Source: Chloroflexota bacterium (lineage in GTDB: Bacteria > Chloroflexota > Anaerolineae > Anaerolineales > Villigracilaceae). From it: a stretch of DNA of 64,000 bases. The stretch's first letter is position 1. Every line of letters starts with the position of its first letter. The notes beneath the pieces are model-generated. The model was not told the origin of the DNA. It saw only the letters and a list, made by a program, of their open reading frames with translations, and made no database searches. Position numbers and translations under genes: made by a program. The DNA lies in contig JACRBH010000246.1 of the NCBI GenBank assembly GCA_016234535.1, forward strand, positions 27,088-91,087. The letters run 5' to 3'. Below are positions 19,075 through 28,448 of this stretch, in pieces.

Positions 19075-20322
19075 TCAGATTGACTTGCTGGAAGGCAGAT
19101 CCGTGATGGTCAAATAGGCCATTGTTTGGTTCAACAGTTGATAGACCACCTCGCCGAATGTGGTTGGTCCTGTAATCTCTCCCGTCTTTTTTCCCTCCAA
19201 TTCCGAATATAGATAATTCAGTATACAGTTACAGGAGAAAATCGGCTGTTTACTCAGGTGCTCCGGTAATTTTGCATTGAATTGCATAACATAACTTTCA
19301 AACGGTTTGGCATGTTTGTAAGATATGCCAGCGAAGACGGGAGCATAAAACTCAACTTCTTTCTTTGCCGCATCCACTTTTAGAAAACTTACATTAACCA
19401 TGGCACCGAAATAATCAGCGACAAGCGGAAGCCTTGTATCAAGATTCCGACGGGTGACATAATCCGCAAAATTGGTCTTGACCCCATTGATATACACTTC
19501 ACGCACCAAAAAGCCGTCCTTTGGAAAGGTAATCGTATCATCGTTGCCTTGTTCGAAGATATTGAGATAACCGATCTCGGCAACCTGGGAAGGCGGCAAT
19601 GTAGCATGCATGACAATCGCCCTGTCTTCCAATATAGCCTGAGTCTGACCATTAAACACCTTTGGTTTGATCCTGCCTAAATCATCGAGATGAACCCCTG
19701 AGATCCAACCGATCAATGGGCTGTGTCCAAAACCCTGGTATTGTGGTGCGTGCAGCGCGAATTCAAGATGGGTTTTGGACGAGCATGGCATGATGATAAT
19801 GCTGAAACCGTTTAAAGACATATCTGTATAAATATTTTCGAGCGTCGCCGGGTCGTAGACTCTAATTGACACATTTGAAACGGACTCTGGCAACTCGGTG
19901 ACATAGATCTTTTGGCGCGTGGACAAGCCGCCTTGTTCAGTCATAAAGTAGGGAATCGACCCCCCGATCCAATTCCCGGCTGGCAATTGTTTAAGAAGGT
20001 TTTCATCTCCGGCCAGTAACAACTTTTCACCATGGGTGATCTTTGCTTTAACTTCGATGAGATCGTACATAAACCCCTTTATGATGTCCTTTCCAAAGAT
20101 TTGCATTAGATCGCGTTGCACAGAGGGCAAATCTGCATTTCGGACGAAAATGTCATGCAATTCCTGGGCGGACCTCTGGATTGTCTCCGGCGATGAATCT
20201 CTCTCCACCCTGAGAGATAAATATCCAAGGAGAAATTTCGTACCCAGAAACTTAAATTGATACCTGCTTTTACCTGAAACAATATTCGTCCAGGCAGGGT
20301 GGGAAATGGGTGGTACATCCAT
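19075..20322 (-). CDS. FIST-like (DUF6976-type) protein, paralog 2
   Basis: Colinear and highly similar to 16269-17507 over its full length; ATG with GAAAGGA RBS. Confidence 0.75.
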   Translation of the reverse strand: MDVPPISHPAWTNIVSGKSRYQFKFLGTKFLLGYLSLRVERDSSPETIQRSAQELHDIFVRNADLPSVQRDLMQIFGKDIIKGFMYDLIEVKAKITHGEKLLLAGDENLLKQLPAGNWIGGSIPYFMTEQGGLSTRQKIYVTELPESVSNVSIRVYDPATLENIYTDMSLNGFSIIIMPCSSKTHLEFALHAPQYQGFGHSPLIGWISGVHLDDLGRIKPKVFNGQTQAILEDRAIVMHATLPPSQVAEIGYLNIFEQGNDDTITFPKDGFLVREVYINGVKTNFADYVTRRNLDTRLPLVADYFGAMVNVSFLKVDAAKKEVEFYAPVFAGISYKHAKPFESYVMQFNAKLPEHLSKQPIFSCNCILNYLYSELEGKKTGEITGPTTFGEVVYQLLNQTMAYLTITDLPSSKSI

Positions 20323-20568
20323 AACGGTCTTCCTTTCAATCCTGTTGCCAGGTTCCCAAATCAGGCATACGTTCCAATAAAAAACTGGAAACCTTGATTT
20401 ACGCTCCACATGCGGTGAAGTACCATGATGAGCTATTGGTATAAAGTATCAGACACACGTGTTATTTGTCAATGACATAAGGCACTTGTATCAGGTTACT
20501 TGAACTGGTTTATACCACCTGTACAGTGTAGCGCATTAATTAAGCGTTGTGTACATCTCTCGTGCATT

Positions 20569-21234
20569 TCAATTCTTTTTCGGGCGCACAGGCATGGCTA
20601 CTAGTTTTTCCTGCAAAGCCAGCGACACCGCCTCTGCCCGATTTGAAACATTAAGTTTGGTAAGGATGGAACTGACATGAAACTTCGCCGTGGAAAGACT
20701 GATGACCAATTCCCTGGCCATTTCGGCATTGGTCATGCCGCTCATGATGCAGGCCAATACTTCTCTCTCACGCGTTGACAGGCTGTATTTTGAAAGCCGG
20801 GCCGGAGAGGATCGCCGGCCTCTGAGAATGTCTTGAATCTCAGGAGAGATCGTTGACTTGCCTTCGTTTGCATCACGGATGGCGCCAGCCAGTTCAGCAG
20901 CAGACACACTCTTCAAGAGGAAGCTGATTGCTCCAGCATCCATCATTCTCTGGATCATTTCAGGTTCATAGAAAGTGGTAAGACCGATAACCTGCGTATG
21001 CGGGAAATGAGAACGAATTTCACCTGTAGCCTGAATGCCATCCACAACCGGCATAACCATATCCATGAGGACAATATCGGGTTTTTCCCGATTACAAAGG
21101 CGGATGGCCTCATCCCCGTTCGCAGCTTCACCTATCATCTTTAAATCTTCGAAGGCTAATAAGAAAAGGCGCAAGCCGCTGCGTACCATCACATGATCGT
21201 CAGCGATAATGACACGGATCTGTTTTTTTTTCAT
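20569..21234 (-). CDS. NarL/LuxR-family response regulator
   Basis: IADDH, VLMD, FLLK receiver; LSTREREVL...TAKFHVSSILTKL HTH. Confidence 0.93.
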   Translation of the reverse strand: MKKKQIRVIIADDHVMVRSGLRLFLLAFEDLKMIGEAANGDEAIRLCNREKPDIVLMDMVMPVVDGIQATGEIRSHFPHTQVIGLTTFYEPEMIQRMMDAGAISFLLKSVSAAELAGAIRDANEGKSTISPEIQDILRGRRSSPARLSKYSLSTREREVLACIMSGMTNAEMARELVISLSTAKFHVSSILTKLNVSNRAEAVSLALQEKLVAMPVRPKKN

Positions 21235-21250
21235 GGCTCACTTCACCTCT

Positions 21251-22546
21251 TTAATATTCAAACTTGGGCCAATGGAGTGAAATCTCGGTGCCCTGGCCCG
21301 GTTCACTTCGAATGGATAAATTAAATTGCGTATTGGATGCGCGCTCTTGCATAATACCCAACCCCAGATGCTCACCTAACACAGATTTAGGGTCGAATCC
21401 GGAGCCGTTATCCCGGATCAGCATGAAAATAGATTGGGAAAATTGTTGTTGAACCAGGCCTGCCTGCCTTCGCTTCTTTGTGAGCAATGCAGGAATGGAT
21501 ATCAGCTCAATTTCCACCTTGTCGGCCCCGGAATGTTTGGATATATTATTCAAAGCTTCCTGGGCAATGCGATAAAAGGCAAGCTTTACATCGGTTGGAA
21601 GAACAGCCTCCCCTTCAATATGGACTTGTATATCTGCACGAATTCGTCCTGAAACGCCTTGAGTCAATTGCTTGATCAATTCCTCCAGCCGGGCTTCGGC
21701 CAGTCCGATCGGACGTAACTCGAGCAGCAATGTGCGCATCTCAGCAAGGGCGCCTCGGGTGAGCTTATGCAAATCATCCAGCCCGCGCTTGGCTTCATCC
21801 GCATTTAAGGTCCAGATCGTCGGCAATACTTCGGCGATCAAGTTGGCAGAAAAAATGGTCTGTGTAACCGAGTCGTGCAGTTCGCGTGCGATGCGGTTTC
21901 TTTCCGTGGTGACAGCTTCCTCCTGCGCTTGTTCACGCAGACGGGCATTTTCAATAGCCAGAGCGGTCTGGTCACAAAATGACACAGCCAGATCGATATC
22001 TTCCTGCTCAAAAACCCGTGAGTGGATATAGTAAAGATTCATGGTACCGACTATCTCTTGCTTAATGATGAGTGGCACGGAAAGCTCGGAACGAAAACGT
22101 TTGGCGAGAGTCTGTAGCAGCCTTACCATCTCCGGAGTGGGAGGTTGGAGCAATATCTCCGGGGCATGGCTTACATCGGTGATGGCGACCGGTTTGCCCT
22201 GGATCACAGCCTGCCCGGTGGCGCCCTGTCCCAAAGGGATGGTAGCCTGTGCCAGAAACTTCTTGCTCAAACCATGCGACGACTGAATACAAAGCAAATT
22301 TGTATCAACTTGCAGGCGGTAAATTGCAACAGCATCTGCTCCAAGAAGCCGGCGGGCATAAAGCGTAATGTAATCCAAAATTGCATCCAGGGGCTCATTG
22401 GAGTTCAAAACAGCCAGGATGCCACGAAATCCCTCTGCGATATACCGGCGATGCTCCCGTTCATCCAATTGTTCACGCGTGTTCTTGTCCATGATCAAAA
22501 AACCTTCGGCTGCATTTGATTTGATTTTGTGGGACGGGTATTTCAT
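21251..22546 (-). CDS. Cytoplasmic GAF + HisKA_3 sensor histidine kinase
   Basis: GAF domain, ERNRIARELHDSVTQ, QEALNNISKH, DNGSGF; no TM helices. Confidence 0.92.
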   Translation of the reverse strand: MKYPSHKIKSNAAEGFLIMDKNTREQLDEREHRRYIAEGFRGILAVLNSNEPLDAILDYITLYARRLLGADAVAIYRLQVDTNLLCIQSSHGLSKKFLAQATIPLGQGATGQAVIQGKPVAITDVSHAPEILLQPPTPEMVRLLQTLAKRFRSELSVPLIIKQEIVGTMNLYYIHSRVFEQEDIDLAVSFCDQTALAIENARLREQAQEEAVTTERNRIARELHDSVTQTIFSANLIAEVLPTIWTLNADEAKRGLDDLHKLTRGALAEMRTLLLELRPIGLAEARLEELIKQLTQGVSGRIRADIQVHIEGEAVLPTDVKLAFYRIAQEALNNISKHSGADKVEIELISIPALLTKKRRQAGLVQQQFSQSIFMLIRDNGSGFDPKSVLGEHLGLGIMQERASNTQFNLSIRSEPGQGTEISLHWPKFEY

Positions 22547-22668
22547 CTACCCCCTAATTGTACACCGCATACAATGGTGTAATTGATCATGGAATATAAC
22601 TTCAGCAGCCGAGATAAGTGGCAAGTCACTTATGGCAACCAAAATGTAGCATATTTATCCCCGCTGTG

Positions 22669-22727
22669 TTGCCCGAAAGTCCAGTTTTATTTACGAACAA
22701 ATAAAGAAGACCACTACTTTTAGTCAG
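22669..22727. promoter_or_regulatory. Paired NarL/LiaR-type boxes upstream of the kinase (possible autoregulation)
   Basis: TTGCCCGAAAGTCCAG (22669) and CACTACTTTTAGTCAG (22712), 43 bp apart. Confidence 0.6.
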
Positions 22728-22840
22728 GGCTGAATATAAAACTGTAAGCCCGCCACGCCAGTCTTGAACGCGGACATTATTTTCAGCTTTTTCAATTACG
22801 CAGAATGTTACCCGCAATCAAGATAACCTGTTTAGATAAT

Positions 22841-22889
22841 TTCAGTAAATCACAGCCTGCATTCCAAAGCAAATCCGTGATTTACTGAA
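22841..22889. repeat. Short (internally deleted) copy of the 887-990 MITE family
   Basis: Perfect 13-bp IR TTCAGTAAATCAC/GTGATTTACTGAA; shares CTGCATTCCA with 960-969. Confidence 0.55.
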
Positions 22890-23067
22890 TTTCGGTAGCA
22901 TCAAAAATCAAACTTTTATCAACCGTCAAAACGTTAAAACTTTTACCTCTCTCGAATAACGGGTTATACGGCAATATCGCTAACGTCGATATACGCGTCG
23001 GGAGAGATTCGGCAATTTTGTCAATTGCAGTTATTTGCGCAGATTTAACAGGAAGCGAGGAGATACA

Positions 23068-23724
23068 TCATTGGGGTTTGACCAATAACTTCTGGCACAG
23101 GCGCACTCCGGCCATGGCATCCTTGAGCCAGTAATCCGCGCCAACATATTGGCTGACCTGCTCATCAATCATTCCCCCACCGATCAAAATGGGAAAGGAA
23201 AGTTTGTTCTTTGCAGCCTCAGCGCGAAGCATCGAGACTGTTTCCTTCATCGGTTCAAAGGAGGCGGTGATGAGTCCTGATAGTCCGACAATATCGGGCT
23301 TGTTCTCCACTGCTTTTGCGGCAAACTCCGCAGGAGGCACATCCACTCCAAGATCGATGACCGTAAATCCATAGCAGGTAAGCAACATGCCAAGCATGTT
23401 TTTGCCGATGTCATGAATATCTCCTGCAACTGTCCCCACTAGAATCCGTCCCGATGATTTTTTATCAGCGGTCTTCACTAGTAGCGGCTGGATTATCTCG
23501 ACCACTTCCCGAAAAATTTCGCCGGACATGATCAAACCCGCGATGTAATATTCGCCCTGTTCATATCGTTTTCCAACGATCTGCATCCCCTCGTTGCATT
23601 CTTCCAAAATTTGCATGAGATCGTCGCCTGCCGCGATGCGCTTCTGCACAAGTTCAAGGACGGCATCCTCCTCCAAGTCGGCGAGCAAATGGATGAGATG
23701 CTGATCGTTGTTATCGGTTTTCAT
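23068..23724 (-). CDS. Cobalamin-binding (corrinoid) protein
   Basis: Cap domain plus GDIHDIGKN, DLGVDV, GLSGL, IGGG; ATGA overlap with gntR. Confidence 0.9.
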   Translation of the reverse strand: MKTDNNDQHLIHLLADLEEDAVLELVQKRIAAGDDLMQILEECNEGMQIVGKRYEQGEYYIAGLIMSGEIFREVVEIIQPLLVKTADKKSSGRILVGTVAGDIHDIGKNMLGMLLTCYGFTVIDLGVDVPPAEFAAKAVENKPDIVGLSGLITASFEPMKETVSMLRAEAAKNKLSFPILIGGGMIDEQVSQYVGADYWLKDAMAGVRLCQKLLVKPQ

Positions 23725-24536
23725 GAGCGTTCCTTTCGATCCATTAGCAAGCCAACCTGGGTGGAAAATTTCAGGCAATCTGCGCGGCCGATAAACCAAC
23801 CCCAACTGATGGGCTTATCGTCGAAATCGTAAAAGAGATGCTCGAAGCAAAAAGCAGCCATCGGCTGAGGCGCTTGCAGGATTTTTGCCTCTTCGTCAGT
23901 CAGGATGGTCGCTTCGAGGTTGATGTCGCCATGTTTGAGGATCGTTTCCCCCGTCCCGTTGAAGAGGCGTTGCAGAGCGGTAACCTCGAGTTCCGCCTCG
24001 ACGATAGGGCGAAGCGGGTCATAGATGAGATACTCTCGATGATATAACACGGGCAGGCCATCGGTCCGCAAGAGGCGACGGATGTAGATTGTCCGCTCAC
24101 CGCTGGAAATCTCCAGTTTTCGCGCCACACGTTCATCCGCGTCGACGATCCGCGCTTCGAGTACATGAACTGTCGTATGCTCTGAATCGTTGAAGAGAGT
24201 TTGCAAATCCCGCAACTGAAACGTTGCCGCGCCCATCGCTACCGGCTTGACAAATGTGCCGCGTCCCTGCTCGGCAACGACAAAGCCCTGATCAACGAGC
24301 AGGTTGATGGCACGTCGCACAGTCATTGGGCTGACATCATACCGCTCACATAGTTGCGCTTCGGAGGGAAGTTGGTTTCCGGGACGCAAAATCCCCGTCG
24401 CCATGCTTTGACGCAAAATGCCTGCCAGCTGAGCGTAGGCAGGTTCGTAAGAGGCGCGGTCTATGGATATGGTCTGGTCAAGTACCTGACTGTTTGGTTT
24501 TTGAGCCATTGCTACACCGATGCTTGCGAGTGACAT
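23721..24536 (-). CDS. GntR (HutC/UTRA) transcriptional regulator
   Basis: LPSEAQLCERYDVSPMTVRRA...GRGTFV plus UTRA-like C-terminus; start may be 24509. Confidence 0.9.
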   Translation of the reverse strand: MSLASIGVAMAQKPNSQVLDQTISIDRASYEPAYAQLAGILRQSMATGILRPGNQLPSEAQLCERYDVSPMTVRRAINLLVDQGFVVAEQGRGTFVKPVAMGAATFQLRDLQTLFNDSEHTTVHVLEARIVDADERVARKLEISSGERTIYIRRLLRTDGLPVLYHREYLIYDPLRPIVEAELEVTALQRLFNGTGETILKHGDINLEATILTDEEAKILQAPQPMAAFCFEHLFYDFDDKPISWGWFIGRADCLKFSTQVGLLMDRKERS

Positions 24537-24656
24537 TTGTCACTTGAGAACTTCCCTATATAAGTGTATAATTTTGAACAATTGCCGTGATTGTATCACG
24601 GCTAAAAGTTTATTTCCATCCTTTCGCCGAAGGCCCAGCAATTCTCATTATGAGCA

Positions 24657-24742
24657 TGTCGCTGCGAGGCGCTTTTGGTTTTTGCCGAAGCAGTCTCCTT
24701 ATAACTGGGGGATTGCTTCGGGCTACCGCCCTCGCAACGACA
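24657..24742. repeat. REP-like element, GTCATTGCGAGG...GAAGCAATCTC...GATTGCTTCG...CTCGCAACGAC family, copy 1
   Basis: Same nested palindrome at 37064-37160 and 45490-45572. Confidence 0.8.
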
Positions 24743-24767
24743 TATTGAGAATTGCTGTCGAAGGCCA

Positions 24768-25469
24768 ATGAACAATTTTTCTGAAGCCAATCAATGGGAT
24801 TACCTTTATACGGCCCGCCGCCGTGTGATTGCCTGCGCAACGGTGATCGAGGAACTGTTACCTCTTCTGCCTGAGGATGTCGCTTCGGAAACCCTTGACT
24901 TTGGCCTGCATCTGCATCCTGACGATTTGAAGAGGGCCTTGCAGGAGAAGATTAACGAAGCCAGTCAACATGCTGATGTTCTTCTATTAGGCTACGGACT
25001 GTGCTCGATGGCAGTGGTTGGGCTTCATACCACAACTGCTCATGTGGTCATCCCGCGCGTGGACGATTGCATCGCCATCTTTTTAGGCTCCTGCAACGCT
25101 TACAAAGAACAGGCGAAAAAAGAGCCGGGCACGTACTATCTTACAAAAGGATGGATCGAAGTGGGGGATAGTCCGTTCGAGGAATACAAACGTCTTTCGG
25201 AAAAATTTGGCGAGTTGAAGGCCGGGCGGATAATCCGCTTGATGCTCAAGAATTACACAAGACTGGGTTTCATCAACACAGGCCAATATGAGATCGAGCG
25301 CTACCGCGAGTATGCCCGCAAGACCGCAGACAAGTTCAACCTGCGATTCGAGGAAATAGACGGGTCGCCCGCGCTTGTCAAAAAAATGGTTTTTGGCCCG
25401 TGGAACGAGGAGTTCCTGGTGATGAAACCCGGTCAAACAGTGAAATATACAGATTTTGTAAAACCCTAA
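24768..25469 (+). CDS. DUF1638 family protein (corrinoid methyltransferase-associated)
   Basis: IACAT, GLHLHP, LGYGLCS, PRVDDCIAIFLGS, YYLTKGW. Confidence 0.85.
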   Translation: MNNFSEANQWDYLYTARRRVIACATVIEELLPLLPEDVASETLDFGLHLHPDDLKRALQEKINEASQHADVLLLGYGLCSMAVVGLHTTTAHVVIPRVDDCIAIFLGSCNAYKEQAKKEPGTYYLTKGWIEVGDSPFEEYKRLSEKFGELKAGRIIRLMLKNYTRLGFINTGQYEIERYREYARKTADKFNLRFEEIDGSPALVKKMVFGPWNEEFLVMKPGQTVKYTDFVKP

Positions 25470-25520
25470 AGGTCTCAGAGGCCTTTAGGGTTTGCGTTAA
25501 TTCAATTTGAGAGAGTGAAT

Positions 25521-26327
25521 ATGAAAATCATTGGAGAAAAGATCAATGGAACCCGCAAACGCGTGGCGCAGGCCATCGCCGAAAGAGATGCGGAATTCAT
25601 CAAGGACCTGGCAAAGAAGCAGTCAGATGCGGGGGCGGCCTGGTTGGATGTGAACGCGGGTACGCACCCTGATAAGGAGCCAGATGATCTCACCTGGTTG
25701 ATCGAAAATGTTCAATCAGTGGTGGATACGCCGCTCTCGCTGGATAGCGCCAACCCAAAGGCGTTGAAAATTGCCATCAAAGCGGCGAACAAAACACCCA
25801 TGATCAATTCGATCAGCGGCGAGTCAGAGCGGTTGACAAACATCCTCCCCATCGTTGCAGAACATGGCTGTCCGGTGATTGCACTTGCGATGGATGAGAA
25901 AAAAATCCCCGAGACGAGTGAGAAGCGTTTCGAGGTCATCACCAAGATCATCAAAGAGACACGCGCTCTCGGCATTCCCGATTCGAATCTCTATTTCGAC
26001 CCGCTGGCGATGACCATCTCCACCAATACCAATAGCGCGGTCATCGCCTTCGAGACCATGCGGCGTGTGAGGAGTGAATATCCCGAAGCGCACCTGACCA
26101 TTGGACTGAGCAATATATCCTTTGGGCTGCCGGCGCGCTCTTTTGTGAACCGCTACTTCCTTGGCATGGCAGTTCAAGCCGGGTTGGACAGCGCCATCCT
26201 CGACCCGCTCGACCGGGAAATGCAGGCAGCAATTTTGACCACCGAATTAATTTTGGGACGCGATAAACACTGCCTCAATTACATTCGCGCGTCCCGCAAG
26301 GGGCTTTTCGATAAACCTGCCGAATAA
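25521..26327 (+). CDS. Methylcorrinoid:tetrahydrofolate methyltransferase (MT2, pterin-binding)
   Basis: IIGEKINGTRK, LDVNAG, INSISGE, FDPL, GLSNISFGLP. Confidence 0.88.
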   Translation: MKIIGEKINGTRKRVAQAIAERDAEFIKDLAKKQSDAGAAWLDVNAGTHPDKEPDDLTWLIENVQSVVDTPLSLDSANPKALKIAIKAANKTPMINSISGESERLTNILPIVAEHGCPVIALAMDEKKIPETSEKRFEVITKIIKETRALGIPDSNLYFDPLAMTISTNTNSAVIAFETMRRVRSEYPEAHLTIGLSNISFGLPARSFVNRYFLGMAVQAGLDSAILDPLDREMQAAILTTELILGRDKHCLNYIRASRKGLFDKPAE

Positions 26328-26367
26328 AAATTTTCATTTGAAGACCAATCCAAAAAGGAGAAACGTT

Positions 26368-26988
26368 ATGTCCAAAGAATTGATAGATGCCATCGTTGAT
26401 ATGCGCGAGGAAGATGCCGTAAAAATCACCGCGCAATTATTGGATGGCGGCACAGACCCGCTCGTTGTATTGGATGCCTGCCGCGAGGCAATGGGCGTCA
26501 TCGGTATGCGCTTTGAAACCGGCGAAAGTTTCATCTCCGAGTTGATTCTCGCGGGCGAGATACTCAGCCAGATTTCAGCGATTGTGAAGCCGCGCATTCA
26601 AAAGGGCGGCGCAGAAAAGAAGATTGGCAAAGTCATTCTCGGTACCGTGCAGGGCGACATCCACGATATTGCCAAAGACATTGTTGGGTTCATGCTGGAT
26701 GTCAACGGTTTTGAAGTGACCAATCTCGGCGTGGATGTTCCGCCTGCGAAATTTGTCGAAGCGGTGAAGAGCAGCGGAGCCAAAATCGTAGGCCTGAGCG
26801 GATTCCTCACTCTGGCATTCGACCCAATGAAAGATACAGTAGCCGCCATCAAAGCCGCTGGGTTGAATGAAGTCAAGATCATGATCGGCGGCGGTCAGAT
26901 CGATGAGAACATCCGCCAGTACACCGGCGCGGATGCCTATGGCAAAGATGCCATGGCTGCTGTCGCCCTCGCCAAGAGTTGGTCATAG
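26368..26988 (+). CDS. Methyltransferase cognate corrinoid protein
   Basis: GTVQGDIHDIAKD, LGVDV, GLSGFLT, MIGGG; RBS AAAGGAG. Confidence 0.92.
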   Translation: MSKELIDAIVDMREEDAVKITAQLLDGGTDPLVVLDACREAMGVIGMRFETGESFISELILAGEILSQISAIVKPRIQKGGAEKKIGKVILGTVQGDIHDIAKDIVGFMLDVNGFEVTNLGVDVPPAKFVEAVKSSGAKIVGLSGFLTLAFDPMKDTVAAIKAAGLNEVKIMIGGGQIDENIRQYTGADAYGKDAMAAVALAKSWS

Positions 26989-26999
26989 GAGTGTGAACC

Positions 27000-28325
27000 A
27001 TGTTTATTCGACCCGATAATTGGAATCAAATGTCCCCACTTGAAAGACGCAAAGCACGTCTGGATGCGTGGCAAAATGCCCCGGTGCCGTTCATCAACCC
27101 ACAAGCGGAAGCAAACTACAAGGAACGTATCGAACGTCTGCGCAAAATCTACGATATGGAGCCGCATGATCGCCCTATAGCCGATCCTTTCATGGGCGCG
27201 AATGAATATATTGTGCGCCGCAAAGGGATCAACGGCAAAGATATGGTTTACAACCATGAAAAATTGCGCGAACCTCTCCTGGAATTCCACAACGAATTCC
27301 AACCAGATACGTCTGCCATGCCCCTTCCCTATCCAGGCAAGGTGATGGATATGTTGGATTACAAATCCTATATTTGGGGCGGGCAAAAGCTGCCCGATAA
27401 TCTGACGATACAGGCTGTTGAAGGCGAATACATGACGGGCGATGAATATAAAGAGTTCGCTGCCGATCCAACCAATTTTTGGATGAAAAAATACCTGCCG
27501 CGCGTGATGCCTACGCTCGCGCCGCTGGCAATGCTGACAGAGTTCCCACGCGTCTCGGAGAATGTAGACATCATCGATCTGATGGTACCCTTTGGGTTGC
27601 CGCCTTTCCAGGCTATGTTGAAAACCTTGATGGAAGCTGGCGATGAATTGATGAAGATGCTGGCGATCGTAGGTCAGACAGGTGCCATGATCGCTGGCGC
27701 GGGTTTTCCCGGCATGGGCTTCAATATTGTCAAAACTCCCTTTGACTATCTTGGCGATACCGTGCGCGGCACAAAGGGTATTCTTACGGATATGTACCGC
27801 CGTCCGAATGATTTGCTGGCAGCTTGTGAAGCCTATGTGCCCGTTCTGATCAACGCAGTTATCAGTGCCAGCGATCGGAATGGCGCTCCCTGTGCGCTCT
27901 ATGTACTGCACAAAGGCGCGGATGGTTTCATGTCGCAGGCGCAGTTCGAGAAGTTCTACTGGTCCACCTGGAAACAGGTCATGCTGGCGCTGTATGAAGA
28001 AGGTATAACCAGTTACCTGTTCATTGAAGGGTCATATAACAATCGCCTGGAAAACCTGGCCCAGATGCCCGAAAAGTCACTGGTCTGCCACTTCGACAAG
28101 ACCGACATGCGCAGGGTGAAGGAAGTCTTGAGCGATAAATTTATCATCGCCGGAAATGTTCCCGCCTCCCTGATGACGGCTGGCACAGTTGATGAAGTTC
28201 GCGCCTACTGTGCTGATCTGGTGGAGTTATTCGAAGGTTCATCGTATATCATGACTCATGGATGCTACTTCGAAAATACCACCGATGAAAAGCTGCGCGC
28301 TTTCATAGATTCGGTCAAGAAGTAA
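27000..28325 (+). CDS. Uroporphyrinogen-decarboxylase-family substrate:corrinoid methyltransferase (MT1)
   Basis: PFDYLGDTVRG, LHKGADGFMS, FEKFYW, AGNVP, HGC; gene context. Confidence 0.8.
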   Translation: MFIRPDNWNQMSPLERRKARLDAWQNAPVPFINPQAEANYKERIERLRKIYDMEPHDRPIADPFMGANEYIVRRKGINGKDMVYNHEKLREPLLEFHNEFQPDTSAMPLPYPGKVMDMLDYKSYIWGGQKLPDNLTIQAVEGEYMTGDEYKEFAADPTNFWMKKYLPRVMPTLAPLAMLTEFPRVSENVDIIDLMVPFGLPPFQAMLKTLMEAGDELMKMLAIVGQTGAMIAGAGFPGMGFNIVKTPFDYLGDTVRGTKGILTDMYRRPNDLLAACEAYVPVLINAVISASDRNGAPCALYVLHKGADGFMSQAQFEKFYWSTWKQVMLALYEEGITSYLFIEGSYNNRLENLAQMPEKSLVCHFDKTDMRRVKEVLSDKFIIAGNVPASLMTAGTVDEVRAYCADLVELFEGSSYIMTHGCYFENTTDEKLRAFIDSVKK

Positions 28326-28380
28326 TCTTGCCTGGAAGTCTTCGACGAAAAATCGCTAAGTGATCCAACCCGTTTGCCAG

Positions 28381-28414
28381 AATATGGGTTCAAGTCTAAA
28401 CTTGAACCCATATT
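28381..28414. terminator. Hairpin after MT1
   Basis: AATATGGGTTCAAGT-CTAA-ACTTGAACCCATATT. Confidence 0.55.
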
Positions 28415-28448
28415 CTTAATGATCATCTCACACTGATCTGGAATCGAC

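Noticed and set aside
20436-20494. Fifth paired NarL box upstream of FIST-like paralog 2
   Set aside because: The best candidates match only 7-8 of 16 positions, too weak to call.
24540-24767. Cobalamin riboswitch before the methyltransferase operon
   Set aside because: The structured sequence here is the REP family seen three times; no B12-box was recognised.
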